Below, in pieces: positions 1 to 12,300 of a stretch of DNA of 64,000 nucleotides (positions are counted from its first letter, which is position 1; the number at the start of each line of letters is the position of its first letter). The DNA is taken from positions 62,001-126,000 of the forward strand of contig CBFFRP010000096.1 in assembly GCA_965644295.1 (NCBI GenBank), read 5' to 3'. The translations under genes and the position numbers were made by a program. The stretch is from Paraphysomonas bandaiensis. Taxonomy: Eukaryota > Protista > Chrysophyceae. The notes under the pieces are model-generated. The model was not told where the DNA came from, did not search any database, and saw only the letters and a list, made by a program, of their open reading frames with translations.

Positions 1-652
1 TCAGCCACTCTATGACCAACAACTCGAACTTCTTGCAGCCAAGCATTCCCGATCATCAGAGTTGGAGAATGCGCTATCACGAATGACGAATTTGCAGAAC
101 CGATATATTCTTAATATAGTATCACTTGAATTGCAGTGCGGAATACTTCACAGACGGTGTGAAAACCTCCTATTACAAAGTAACAGGAGTGGGATGTGCA
201 TGGAAGATGCCTGTTGTAGATATGCTTCTCTCTGTGACCGTTTCAATAGTAGCTGCCTTACTATATCGCAGCTGACAGAGGATTTGAGAGTAGCACGTAC
301 AGCTGAACCGTTTGCAGTGAAAAAATTAAACTTCATGCTATCGAGACTTCTGGGAGAGAAAAATCATTACGAAAACAAGGTAATGTGCACTTTACATCTA
401 AGTTTGTCTCATTTTTGGATAGGCTAAATCACTCTCGAAGGACTTACAGCGCAAACTGCTAGCAGGTACGCCTCTACAGAGGGAGTTAGGTCGCGTGTCA
501 CAGCGATTAGAAGAGGTGCTGTTTGTATGGATATTATCTCCATTTTCTAAGTGCTAGTGCAGGTCGAAAATGAGAGAAATGCTTATCGCGACGCGATGGT
601 TCTTGCGTGTGAAACGTACGGTGTCAAGAGTGAAAACCAGTCCTGGTTTTAG
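1..652 (+). CDS. 3' end of a spliced gene, probable coiled-coil protein of unknown function (5' part outside window)
   Basis: Frame-consistent exons ~5-379, 423-514, 563-652 with GT-AG introns give ...HYENK|AKSLSKDLQRKL...RLEE|VENERNAYRDAM...QSWF*; heptad-like composition. Confidence 0.55.
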
Positions 653-997
653 ATTGCTGTAATTTCATGTTTGTAAAAAGTATAATTGCAATTTGTAATT
701 AATGGAATGTAATAAATATATATAGCTAACTTTGGTAGCTTATGTATACTTAAACGACAAAATGAGCATCTATGCTACAAATAACAAGTATTAATGGGAT
801 TCACCAGAGTAGTATAGCTATAATATTGTACCACCATCATCTGCATTGATTTACCTATATGCACGTACCATATATATATATTGAACAAGCACCGAAAGAG
901 TAAAAGTTTGTCCATATTCAATAGTGAATGTTTGCTTACTGCTTATAAGCAAAGGCGTGTAAGAGTCACAACCAATATGTAGCAAACCAATATATCT

Positions 998-1245
998 AAC
1001 TAGTGCTTAACTCTGATATCTGATATCCTACTATTTAGCGCTATGAAAGCTGCTTGTGCGTTGTGCGTCACCGCAAGCACCAAGGTGCAACCACTTTCGC
1101 TCTCTGTTAAGGTTAACTAGCCCGAATGCTTGACTTCAGTAGGAAACTCAATGCACAGGATGCCTTTGAGGTGGGCCCATTTCCGAAAGTCTGTTTATTT
1201 GGCAAGGCTCAATGACGTCTACACTAGCATTTGGCTATGAGTGAC
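998..1245 (-). mobile_element. Dispersed SINE-like/non-autonomous repeat, copy A (contains structured motif at 1045-1098)
   Basis: Reverse complement aligns by eye with 8905-9110 (ctcatagccaaatgct...tgggcccacctcaa.ggcatcc...gtggttgcac...gttaagcactag) and with 7988-8075. Confidence 0.75.
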
Positions 1246-1514
1246 TGTAAGCTGGTAACTATATCATGCATAATGCAGGCTACATATACTACATAACACA
1301 TCAGCCAAGTATTTTAGCTTTTTCAATCACGTCAGAGCTTGAGATGCGTTGTTTAGATCAATAAAATTCAAACTTCTACACAACAGCTGAAGTAGCAACC
1401 AAACACAAAGTAATGTGACCCCAGTTGTGCAAAAACCACATATTTTTTAATTGTACTACTCAAAAAAGTATTTGTGTGACAAAGCAAAACATGTAACCAA
1501 TAAGAGCATACAAC

Positions 1515-4500
1515 CTACGACTGAATTTCCACAATAAGGTCGCCAACACCCAGCTGCGCTCCTTCGACGACATGCAGCGCTTTCACCACACCCTCTATTG
1601 GTGAGCTGACCATTGTCTCCATTTTCATCGCTGATATGACAACAAGAGGATCACCTTTGGCAACAGGATCACCTTGCTTAACTCTCACATTGAGAATAAC
1701 TCCAGGCATGGGAGACCCAACCGACCCGGGAACCAAGGGGTCAGCCTTCGGATGTGCCCCAGCAGCTGACCCACTGATTGATCGATCTACAACTTTCACT
1801 ACACGCTGAGTACCGTTCAATTCGAATGTGACCTCTCTACATAAGTCAGGTGAAAAGAAATATACACTCCAATGATTAATACATTACCTGGCGCCGAGAG
1901 CATTAGGCTCCGAAACGTGTTTCAGACTGATAATCAGAGTTTTACCTTTCTCAAGTTCAACGGCGATCTCCTCTCCAACTTTCATTCCCTCCACAAATGT
2001 CCTCGTGTCAAGGACTGAGAGATCACCATATTTTGCCTGGTTTTTCATGAACTCATCGAACACCTGGGGGTACTGTGAGTAGGACACCGTCTCCCGCTCG
2101 GTGACTCTGGGACCATACTTTTCGCGTAGGGAGACAGATAGAGCGTCGAAGTCAACAGGGTCCATCTCTGCTCCAGGTCGCCCGTCGAAACAATCTTTGT
2201 CATTAGGCAGCTTCCGACCGGAAATTACTCTAGAGCGCAATGGCTCTGGGAACCCAAAAGGAGGAATGCCAAGGTACCCCTGGAAATACTCTACCACTGA
2301 GGTGGGAAAGGATAGAGAAGAGGCCCGCTCTACTACATCCTCTTCAGAGAGCTTATTCTGAACCATGAATTGCGCTAGGTCTCCTACTACCTTAGAGCTC
2401 GGTGTCACTTTGATGATGTCGCCCATCAGCCTATTTGCCGCGGCGTATGCTTTCTTAATGGCTGGCCACTCGCCTGAAAGACCCAGCTGTCTGGACTGGA
2501 ACAATAGGTTCGTGTACTGTCCACCAGGCATCTCGTGTGCATACACATCAGCGCTACCGCTCTTCTGACCCGATTCAAACGGGGCATAGACGTTGCGGAC
2601 GTCCTCCCAGTACTCATTGATGGCAGTGATCTGCTTGAAGTCTAGACCCGTGTCCAATTCTGTTCCGCGCACAGCAGAAGCCACAGCACCCATGGAGGGC
2701 TGAGAAGTCAGGCCAGACATTGCATCAAATGCAACGTCCACAGCATCTGCCCCTGTGTAGTCAAAATATCGCACGTCAGAAATCTAACGTAGACACTTGC
2801 AAAAACGCACCTGCATTAGCCGCAGCAAGCATGGATGCGACCCCGGTTCCCGCAGTGTCGTGAGTATGAACGTGGATGGGGACATCAGGAAATTCCTTCC
2901 TCAAAGCGGATACAAGAATGTGGGCCGCGCGAGGTTTCAGCAAACCAGCCATATCCTTGATGGCAAGGACGTGTGTCCCTAACTCCACCAGTCGACGAGC
3001 AAATTCCAGGTAATAGTCAATATTGTACTGCGAATTTTTGTCAGTAACATCACCCGTGTAGCAGATTGCTGCTTCTATAATACCACCCGAAGCACCAACG
3101 GCATCTATGCCAAGCCTCATGTTCTCCACGTAGTTCAAACTGCGAAGAAGTGGGACTCAATATTATACATGTGATGATGATATAAACGACTTACCTATCG
3201 AACACACGAAATACATCCATGCCATTTTTCTGTGCAACCTCACAAAATTTGAAAACTACATTGTCAGGATATGAAGTATACCCCACAGCGTTGGCGCCGC
3301 GGAGGAGCATTTGGAATGGAATGTCAGGAACTGCCTCTCTCATCTGCTGTAGCCGCTGCCAGGGGCATTCATTAAGGAATCGCATGGAAACATCGAAAGT
3401 TGCTCCGCCCCAGTTCTCTAAACTGTAGGCGCCTGCCAAACCCACTGCGGTAGCAGGGGCAATCTTGAGTATATCGTGGGTGCGTAGGCGGGTGGCCAGC
3501 AGTGACTGATGGGCGTCTCTCCAAGTTGTGTCCGTTACGAGCAAGCCATTGTGAGACCGCACCGCCTTGGCGAATGCTTCCGGCCCCTCTGACGTATACA
3601 CTGAACGCAAACTGCGCAGAGGAGCTGTTTTAGCATCCTTGAAAGGTGGTTCCATGATATTCGGTACCACTGGAACCACTCGGGAGCAAGGTGCGCCCAC
3701 TGCGCCTAGCCCTTTTGGAGGTCCATTGACAATCACGTCCCCGATGTACGATAGCAGCTTGGTACCTCTGTTATCAGTACTCTCTCGGGCAAGGACTTGT
3801 GGGTTGTCTGCAATAAAAGAGGTGTTTACCACACCCTCTGTGAAGTCGGGATGTTCCAATAATGCCAACAGAAATGACTTATTGGTTGACACTCCTCGAA
3901 CTCTGAATTCCTTTAAAGAACGGCGTAGCTTGCGTACGCAGTCTAAACGTGACTTGGCGTGAGCGGTGACCTTGACCAAAAGTGAGTCGTAATGAGGAGT
4001 AATTATAGCCCCAGGAAACCCGGGACCATCGTCAAGCCGAATGCCCATTCCTCCAGGCATACGAAATACCTCCAGCACACCAGTATCAGGGTTAAAGTCA
4101 TGCGCTGGGTCCTCTGTTGTCACTCGACACTGCATAGCCACGCCATTTACCTGGATAGCGTCCTGGGTCAGCCCGAGGTCTTTCAGAGTAGCGCCCGAAG
4201 CAATCTTGATCTGAGACTGGACAATATCTATACCTGTTACTTGTTCCGTGACAGTGTGCTCAACCTGCACTCTGGGGTTTACTTCAATAAAATAGTGTCG
4301 GCCTTCACCATCCACCAAAAATTCCACAGTACCAGCGTTCTTGTACTTGGCTGCGGACATAAGACGAAGGCTATCTTCCAACATAGCCTTGCGAGTTGCC
4401 TCAGGAAGATTCATAGCAGGAGCGGTTTCCACCACTTTTTGATGCCGGCGCTGCACGGAGCAATCCCTGTCCCAGAGATGCACAACATCTCCAGTTCCAT

Positions 4501-5433
4501 CCCCCAGTATTTGCACTTCGATGTGGCGAGGCTTGTACACATATCTGGAACAAAACAGCAAAGTTGAACACGGTAATAATAGGCAATATAAAAGAAATCA
4601 ACCTTTCAATAAATACGCTCCCTACACATATGAAAAGGATGTGTTAATTTTATATAAGGTAAGGGGCGCAACGTAGCACATACCGTTTCCAAAAGCTGCC
4701 AGTGCTTCAGACGTGGCGCGGTCGAATGACTCTTTCAGCTCGCTTTCTTTCATTACTACACGCATGCCTCTTCCGCCCCCACCATGTGCAGCCTTGATTA
4801 TCACCGGATAGCCGACACCTCCATCAATGAAGCTTTTGGCTTCCTCGAAGGTGGTGACGAATGTTTCCGTCCCAGGTACTACAGGAACATTGCAGGATAT
4901 AGCAAGATTCCTTGCGGCAGTTTTATCACCAAATGTAGCTAACTGGTCCGCTGTTGGGCCAACAAACATAATTCCATTCTCAGCACACTTTCTAGCAAAA
5001 GTAGTATTTTCAGAGAGGAAACCATAGCCGGGATGAACAGCTTCGACACCATTGGTGACAGCAATGTTGATGATACCATCAATATCGAGGTAAGCACCAA
5101 CCGGACTCTTGCCCTTTCCCACAAGAAAAGCTTGATCACATTTATATCTGTGTTGTTGGAGTCTGTCCTCGTGGCTGAATATGCCCACAGTCTTTATTCC
5201 TAATTCAGTTCCTGCCCTGTACACACACATAACAACAAACACAACACAGCAACCGATCCACCCACTCACCTCATTATTCGAGTTGCTATTTCTCCTCTAT
5301 TTGCTGCCATTACCTTTGCAAAGGGTGGCTGTGAGTTGTCATATGCAAGCCCTCTGACGATGTTTCCTCTTGCAGATATACTCACACCTCGAGGCAGATA
5401 ACTCCTTTGCAACGGTCTACCGAACCTCAACAT
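1515..5433 (-). CDS. PC: Pyruvate carboxylase, probably mitochondrial (multi-exon, includes a 19-nt microexon at 4603-4621)
   Basis: Biotin carboxylase motifs [37 protein letters not shown]; carboxyltransferase motifs [24 protein letters not shown]; biotin carrier AMKM. Arg-rich, acid-free N-terminus [16 protein letters not shown]. Confidence 0.97.
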
Positions 5434-6192
5434 AATGAATAGAAAATCCGATGAATTGAATAATGCACTGGAGGTTGATGTGCTTGTGTCGAGCTCGTTT
5501 GGTTTGATCTGAGTGCCAATATATGGTACAGTGTGTGTGAGGTTGCTGGTTTGGATCCTGTAGACTGTATTTTCATGAGTACAACGACACACTCGGACCA
5601 ACTGCAGTGCAATCCTGCCGACGTATGCATATGACAGAAACCACGTAAACCATCGTGTATCATTCCTTCCATAATACAGTGATTTGATTGGCTAAATTGA
5701 TCCCACAGAAACCCATCACAGAATACTGAAAGATTCAATTTCGAAATCTGCATGTGGTCTGTCTGTATAACGAATAGGAATACATAGAATACATATGGAT
5801 TTGCACTCTCATGTTGCACTGCAACATATCCATATCTACATCTAGTTTGGTACAGCAGTACATCACTGCCGTATACTGGTATACCTCTACGTAGTACAGA
5901 ATACAGACCTGCTGGAAAAACTTGTATGAGGTGCAGTGTGTGTGTAGGTGTGTGTAGGGTGTGCGTGAGGATGATGTGGGTGCGTGTGGGTGGGTGTGGG
6001 GGTGTGTAGGTGATGTGGGGGTGTGGGTGTATCATATGATGCAGTTACAGTGCCGTATTTGCAGTGCAGGAGGGAGTATCTTCAGACATGGCAGCATTAT
6101 AGTGAACTTGGAGTGTTATCTCTGTGCTTTAAAGACAGGTGTGTGAATACCATGAGATCTCTCTCTGTTCTCATGTTTCACAGGAAGATAAG

Positions 6193-6965
6193 ATGACTGT
6201 TCGAGTGCTTAAGACAGTTGTGTTTATGGGCAGTGCCAGAGATATGGCAGCAGCCTGGGGAGGTCTGTCTGCGCTGTCGTATGATCATAGTAGAGGTCAG
6301 TGTGTCTACAGGTGACTCAAGATTGGGCACAAGAGTGTTGGAGTGGGTGAAAAGCGTATTATCTGCACGCTCAGAGGAGTTGGGAGGAGGTACTCACCCG
6401 CTCATAGTGTCTTATCTTCACACTGTAATTATTAGAGACTATCAAGCATGACGTCACTGTTTTTGACCCATTGGATGTATTTGCCAAGGAAGGGGCACTC
6501 GCAACGAGTGGAGGAGAGTTAAGACATCCTCATTTTTTCTATCGTAGTGGTGAAGCCCCGAGTGAAATGAATGCAATGGCTGATGTCATCAGAGCTGCGG
6601 ACTGTTTCCTCGTTGTGACGGCAGAATATAATCATACTATTCCTCCTGCTTTATCATCTATGATGGGTCATTTTGGTGGATCGTGCTATGCATACAAGCC
6701 GAGTGGTATTGTGACTTACTCTCCTGGACCATGGGGAGGATCCCGAGTTGCCGTTGCCCTTCGTCCTTTTTTAAGTGAGCTTGGCTGCCTACCAGTATCC
6801 AAACTGGCATGTTTTCCTTCTCCTACAGATTTGTTTGAGGCTGACGGGACGCCCAAAGATCCTTCACACAGAATGCTGAAACAGCTTCCCGCCATGCTCT
6901 CACAGCTGGAATGGTTTGCGGTTGCCCTGAGTAACCAAAAGTCCGCGGTTGGTATTCCTTCCTAG
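6193..6965 (+). CDS. NADPH-dependent FMN reductase (flavodoxin-like, SsuE/ArsH/azoreductase family)
   Basis: Spliced N-terminus [16 protein letters not shown]..., then [19 protein letters not shown] and [17 protein letters not shown]; two short introns (~6263-6311, ~6390-6434). Confidence 0.88.
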
Positions 6966-7887
6966 AGTTTTGCACATTTCAGGCGGTATAGTTGGTATTA
7001 TAATATACCAGGGTATGTAATTTGTTAACGACCCTCTTCTCGTGTTTGAGCCTCAATAATCAATTAAAAAATTGTGATAGACATCTCTCATCACTTATGG
7101 TCATTCAATAATTCTATAGCACCACTACTACCGACCAATATTATGATATCATAGATGGGCATGATCTTATATAGTGAATTTATTTCAGGTTCCCTAGCGT
7201 AGTGCATATCATTTCATTGAATTCATTGAATCCTGTTTTCAGCTACAGTATTCTTCAAGCAATTGGAAGACCTCATTATGCAGCTTTAAATTGCTTACAA
7301 AGAAGTAAAAGTTACTCCTTCTCAATTCAAAGTTGTAGATGCATATATTCTTCACATCCACAAGTTATAACTGGTGGATATACAACCGCCAAAAACTTAA
7401 CAGGACAAACTGGTAGACTTGTGGCTCCGACCTCCGACATTTTAGCTAGCCTCTCACCACAGTCAATTCTTCTTGTGTGAACAACTTTTTGTAATAACTT
7501 TAGTAGAGCTTTCTTTGATTGTCCCATGAAACATTTTTGATGCTTGTCGTATATATATAGCATGAAGTCTGATCATCATTTCCAATATGGTGCAGTGGCA
7601 CAGGTTGGAAATTGGAAAAAGGGCCATCCTGCCCAACTTGTTCCCTCCCAACTCCCAATATTACTTAATTTTGACATTTTGTTTTCATAGTTAATTAGGG
7701 TTAGGATTTAAGTTAAAATTATTCAAATGTGAGAGTTTTACGATAATTTGGGAAATTTAGGAGCATTTACAGTATTTAAGTAGAAATGTTTAAAAAAACT
7801 ATTCTATTTGTGGTATTAGAATATACTAAGTGAAATGCCAAATCACGCACACTCTGACTGTTCAAGAAAAATTAAGTGGGTTCGCTG

Positions 7888-8078
7888 CCCTCAACAAAGT
7901 TGGACTTGCACCTTTTTGTGGTGTTTTGGGGATAAGCACCGGAGATATTTCTCCAGGAAACTTTCGTACAGCAGATATTGTTCTACCCACTCATAGCCAA
8001 ATGCTTGTGTGGTACAAGGGACACTAATAAGTGTCACTTGTGTAGACGTCTTTGGGCCCTGACGAATATAACACAGGT
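7888..8078 (+). mobile_element. Dispersed repeat copy B (5' part of the same family)
   Basis: Aligns with 8791-8938 (cctcaacaaagt.ggact.gcacctttttg...gggataag.accggagatatttct...cagcagatattg...cccactcatagccaaatgcttgtgtggtacaagg). Confidence 0.75.
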
Positions 8079-8790
8079 ATGTTCCTGTTTATTACCCATA
8101 TCCGACATAAATTTCATTTTTTAGAACATTACGATCAGAGCATTACGATCAGTACAGGCAGGTTATGACTACATCATTAACATAAATTATAGACAGACGA
8201 TATAGTCTTCATGACTTTCATATAGAGCAAAAATTACAGACAGCGTTTAAATATGGCAACGATTTAATGACGTAAAGTAGTCTTACACTAGAATCGTGAA
8301 GAGCCATGCAACTTGAGGAAGCACTCCGTGGCGGTAATAAGAAGTTGGGTAGCAGATCCATATGTAGACAGTTCTCTCTCTATTTTTGCGTGACAGAAAG
8401 AATTTGATATATTCAACGCATGTACATGCGTATTCAACATAAAATGTTAGCGCAATGATCAGTCAACAGTGATAGACTTCATTATCGGAAAGAATGTATT
8501 CTCCACGTCTATATACCTCTGTCCGCTGTCCATTAACCGAGCCCCTATAATTCTTCGTTATTGATCCATCTCTGCTGTACTTTTCTTGAAGACAAGATTT
8601 AGATCCAGGTGGAGTCTCTCAACATCTAAAGCTTCATGCTTGAATATAGTGCATCTCTTGACTCATTCACGGATTCATTACTCATTGATGTCATGGGAAA
8701 CACTTGTCTTACGATTATCCCCACTAGAAACAAGGGGAAAGGACATGCTGTCTGATGTACGTGATAAAGATTTAGCAATCACATAATCTC

Positions 8791-9140
8791 CCTCAACAAA
8801 GTCGGACTCGCACCTTTTTGAGATGTTCTGAGGGATAAGTACCGGAGATATTTCTTCTTTGAAACTAACGTGAGCCGCATATATAGTCAGCAGATATTGC
8901 TCTGCCCACTCATAGCCAAATGCTTGTGTGGTACAAGGAATGGGCCCACCTCAAGGGCATCCGGGGTATTGGGCTGCCTGCTGATGTCAAGCATCCGGGC
9001 CGTTCACCTTAAGGATAGAGAGCAAAAGTGGTTGCACTTGGTGCTTGCGGTGACGCAGAAGCAGCTTTCGTGTGGCTAAATACTTGGATATCAAAGTTAA
9101 GCACTAGCTCTTGTACGCCTATTACTAATAATCAGACATT
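8791..9140 (+). mobile_element. Dispersed repeat copy C (longest; links B-type 5' part to the structured LINE-like 3' tail)
   Basis: Shares 5' part with 7888-8020, 3' part with copy A; tail ctag...tgtacgc...taataatcagac also present at ~32149-32187. Confidence 0.75.
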
Positions 9141-9350
9141 CCCTACCGTCTATATGCAACTTCCAGATAACAGCGGATGGAGTTCTCACCGACAGCTCAT
9201 GTCAAACATGTTTGTATGGACAGTGTGTATGAAACAATGAAAGTTCCATAAAAAGTAGGTGCACACAAAAAGGTGATCATTGGCGATATTAATATTAAAC
9301 TCTTAAACAGTTGGACATACATCACTACAACTACAAGTGGCACAGTTTGT

Positions 9351-12300
9351 TTATTGATACATTTCAATTTTATCACTAACACACTTCTCAACTTCTATCA
9401 GCTGCTGTAGCTTAAGTGCTCTCAGGTTTTCTACGCACGCCACAGTATCTGGATGATCACTACCAAGGTGTTCAGTTCGAATTTCGCGACAACGGATGTA
9501 GGCGTTTTTAGCGTCCTGCAACCGACCCAACGAATGAAGCAGAGCGGCTAAGTTGTGTAATGAAGACGCATACGCTGGATGATTCGCCCCATACACACGT
9601 TGCTTTATTTCAAGGGCACGATCATATACCGATTCTGCCTCTTCATATTCGCCTTGAGAAAATAATAATATTCCAAGATTATTCATGGTATCGGCTATAC
9701 AAGGATGAAAGTAATCGAACAACGACGTTTGAATCGACAGAGCTTCCTCATATAACTCCTTTGCACGACTATAGTTTTGCAAGCTCTGATAAACCCCACC
9801 AAGATTATGCAAAGAAGCTGCAACATTGGCGTGGTCACTTCCAAAGCATGTTCTTTTCATCTCCAGAGACTTTTGATAGTATGGAAGAGATTCCGCGAAC
9901 ATTCCTTTAGCGAAATATACAGCGCCGATATTGTTCAAAGATGACGCAACATCGGGATGAACCGCACCATACAACTTCATTTGGATATTCATAACTTTAT
10001 GAAACATTTTAAGAGCCTTATCATAGTCCCCTTGTGCCTTCAGCATGAGAGCAAAGTTACTCATACATGTCGCGACTTCAACATGTGATGTGCCGTATGT
10101 CGCCTTTTTCACTTGTAATGCATGCTCAAACAAACCGCTCGCCTTCTCGTGGTCTTGGAGAGCGAGATATATATTGGCAAGCATATGTTCACTCTGAGCA
10201 GTTAAAAAGTGGTCTGAACCACAAACCTGGCGGCGAATAACAATAGATTCTTCACAAGGAACGATGGCGTCGTGATACAAGCCTCTGTCGAATAATACAG
10301 AGCATATACCTAATTTAGATTCTGCAATAGATACGTGAAGTGGCATGCCATCTCCAGAATTACCGAATGCATCAAATCGCAACTGTAATGCTTGGTCATG
10401 ATAACTTTTCGCATCTTTAAGATTTCCTCGAAGGCGATAGTTCTCTGCTAAACCAAAAAGAGTAGTAGCAAGTAAGGGGTGTCCATTACGTAGAGCGCGC
10501 AAGCGATTCGCGTAAGCTTTTTTGTACAGGACATGACTTTCATCAAAATCTCTTCTGTTTCTCAGCAGTTCTGCTTTTCCGAACAATATATCACCTGTAA
10601 ATGGGTGAGGATATTTGTCAGACCCGTAGAGCTCAGTGTGCAAACGCAGTGCAATATCATAGATACGACTGGGCTCGTTAATCATAGAGGTCATTTCTTC
10701 TTCGTGTCGGTTTCGACGACTCCCTGTACAAGACCATAAATTAGCATGCAACCCATATGTAGAATAATAGTTCATACCATAGTCTTTCTCTCGCAATGCC
10801 ACTTCAATTTCATTGAGAATAACGTGATCAATGGGTGCAGAGGGATCCAGATCGCGACTCTTTACGTCAGGGTATTCATACCCCATATATCCCATCTTAG
10901 TCTTCTTTATAGAAGAGAGTGACGTGCCCATTACAGACGAAATTTTCGGAAGGGTGCCTGACTGATTTCTAGTGGATGCCCGTGAAGGTGTACGGCTTCC
11001 AGTAATCCCTTCAACCGAAAGATTAGGCTTACCAACGTCTTTGAAAAGTTTTCTCTTTGGTGCAACTTTTCCCATATACCTCTCGACTTCCGCTAGCCCG
11101 AAAAGAACTGGAGCCATATACATGTACTCCTTTTCATAGTGCAACTTGTATGCAGATATTAACTCTCTGTACAGACCTAAAGCGTCATTAAATTTTCCCA
11201 GCGATAATAGCATGCTAGCCAAATTTAATTTCGCATGAAGTACATCATAATGGCGCGGCCCATACAATTTCAAGAGTGTGGCATAAGCCTTTGTCAAAAT
11301 CGGATACGCTAACAGATTATCAATATTTTCAGGAACAAAGTCAAAATTATCCTCAGTCAACGTGTCGCCTTCCATAGAAGGGTATGGAACAACATCATCA
11401 CTTGAGTTTATGGTGTAAATAAACCCTTCCATTTTCCTGTTTTCAGCAAATCCGATCATCATTTTAACAACAGTTGGGTGCTCCATTCCTAGTTCTTTCG
11501 AAACAATGTGTACAGCTTTGAAATAAGTTTCTTGAGCTTGAGCATAGAAACCCATTTCCCGCATACACTCCGCCACACCATAATAAGACTCACCAATCAC
11601 CGGGTGGTACTCCCGATGGAGTTGTCTATTAAGCGTTAAACTCTTCTCGAACATACCTATCACAATATCATTAGAGCAATAACAGCATAGCAATTTCATA
11701 CCTTTTGCAACATCATATTTACCCATTTCCATGAGAACTTCGGCCAGAGCTTGATAACTCAGAGCAACCAGCGGGTGTCGGCCGCCTAAAAGTTTCTGCC
11801 GCACTTGTAAAGCTCGTTCATGCATAAGTTTAGCCTGGTGTAATTTTCCCTTGAAACGAATAGTATCAGCCAAGCGTGACATGGCAAGTGAGCCTAATAA
11901 ATTCGCTTTATTTCCACGAAGCTCTTGCGATTGCGTGAGGGCTTCATCTTGAAACTTTTCAGCTGTCAGAAGGTTACCTAATAGCCTCTCGGTCTCGGCC
12001 AAACCACTAAGGGCCGCAACAGTTTCTACGTGGTCACTTCCCAAAATTGTCCTACGAATTTCCAGGGCAGCCAAATAATGATCTTTCGCTTCGCTGTTTC
12101 GCCCCAGAGAATTCAGGCACATGCCGACGGCAAAGTAACAGTCTGACACAACAACGTGCGGACCATCTTTGGGATCAAACGTCCTCTTCATAAAGTCCAA
12201 AGACCGCTGAAAATATGGCAAGGTTTTGCTATATCGACCAGCCATATGCAATGCACGGGCGATGCACATCAGCGCCCCAATTGTGCAAGGGTGATCGGCA

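Noticed and set aside
7280-7563. Possible SWIM zinc-finger relic (TCGCEEY...LCKQ) on the minus strand
   Set aside because: Interrupted by stops, final His missing, too short to support
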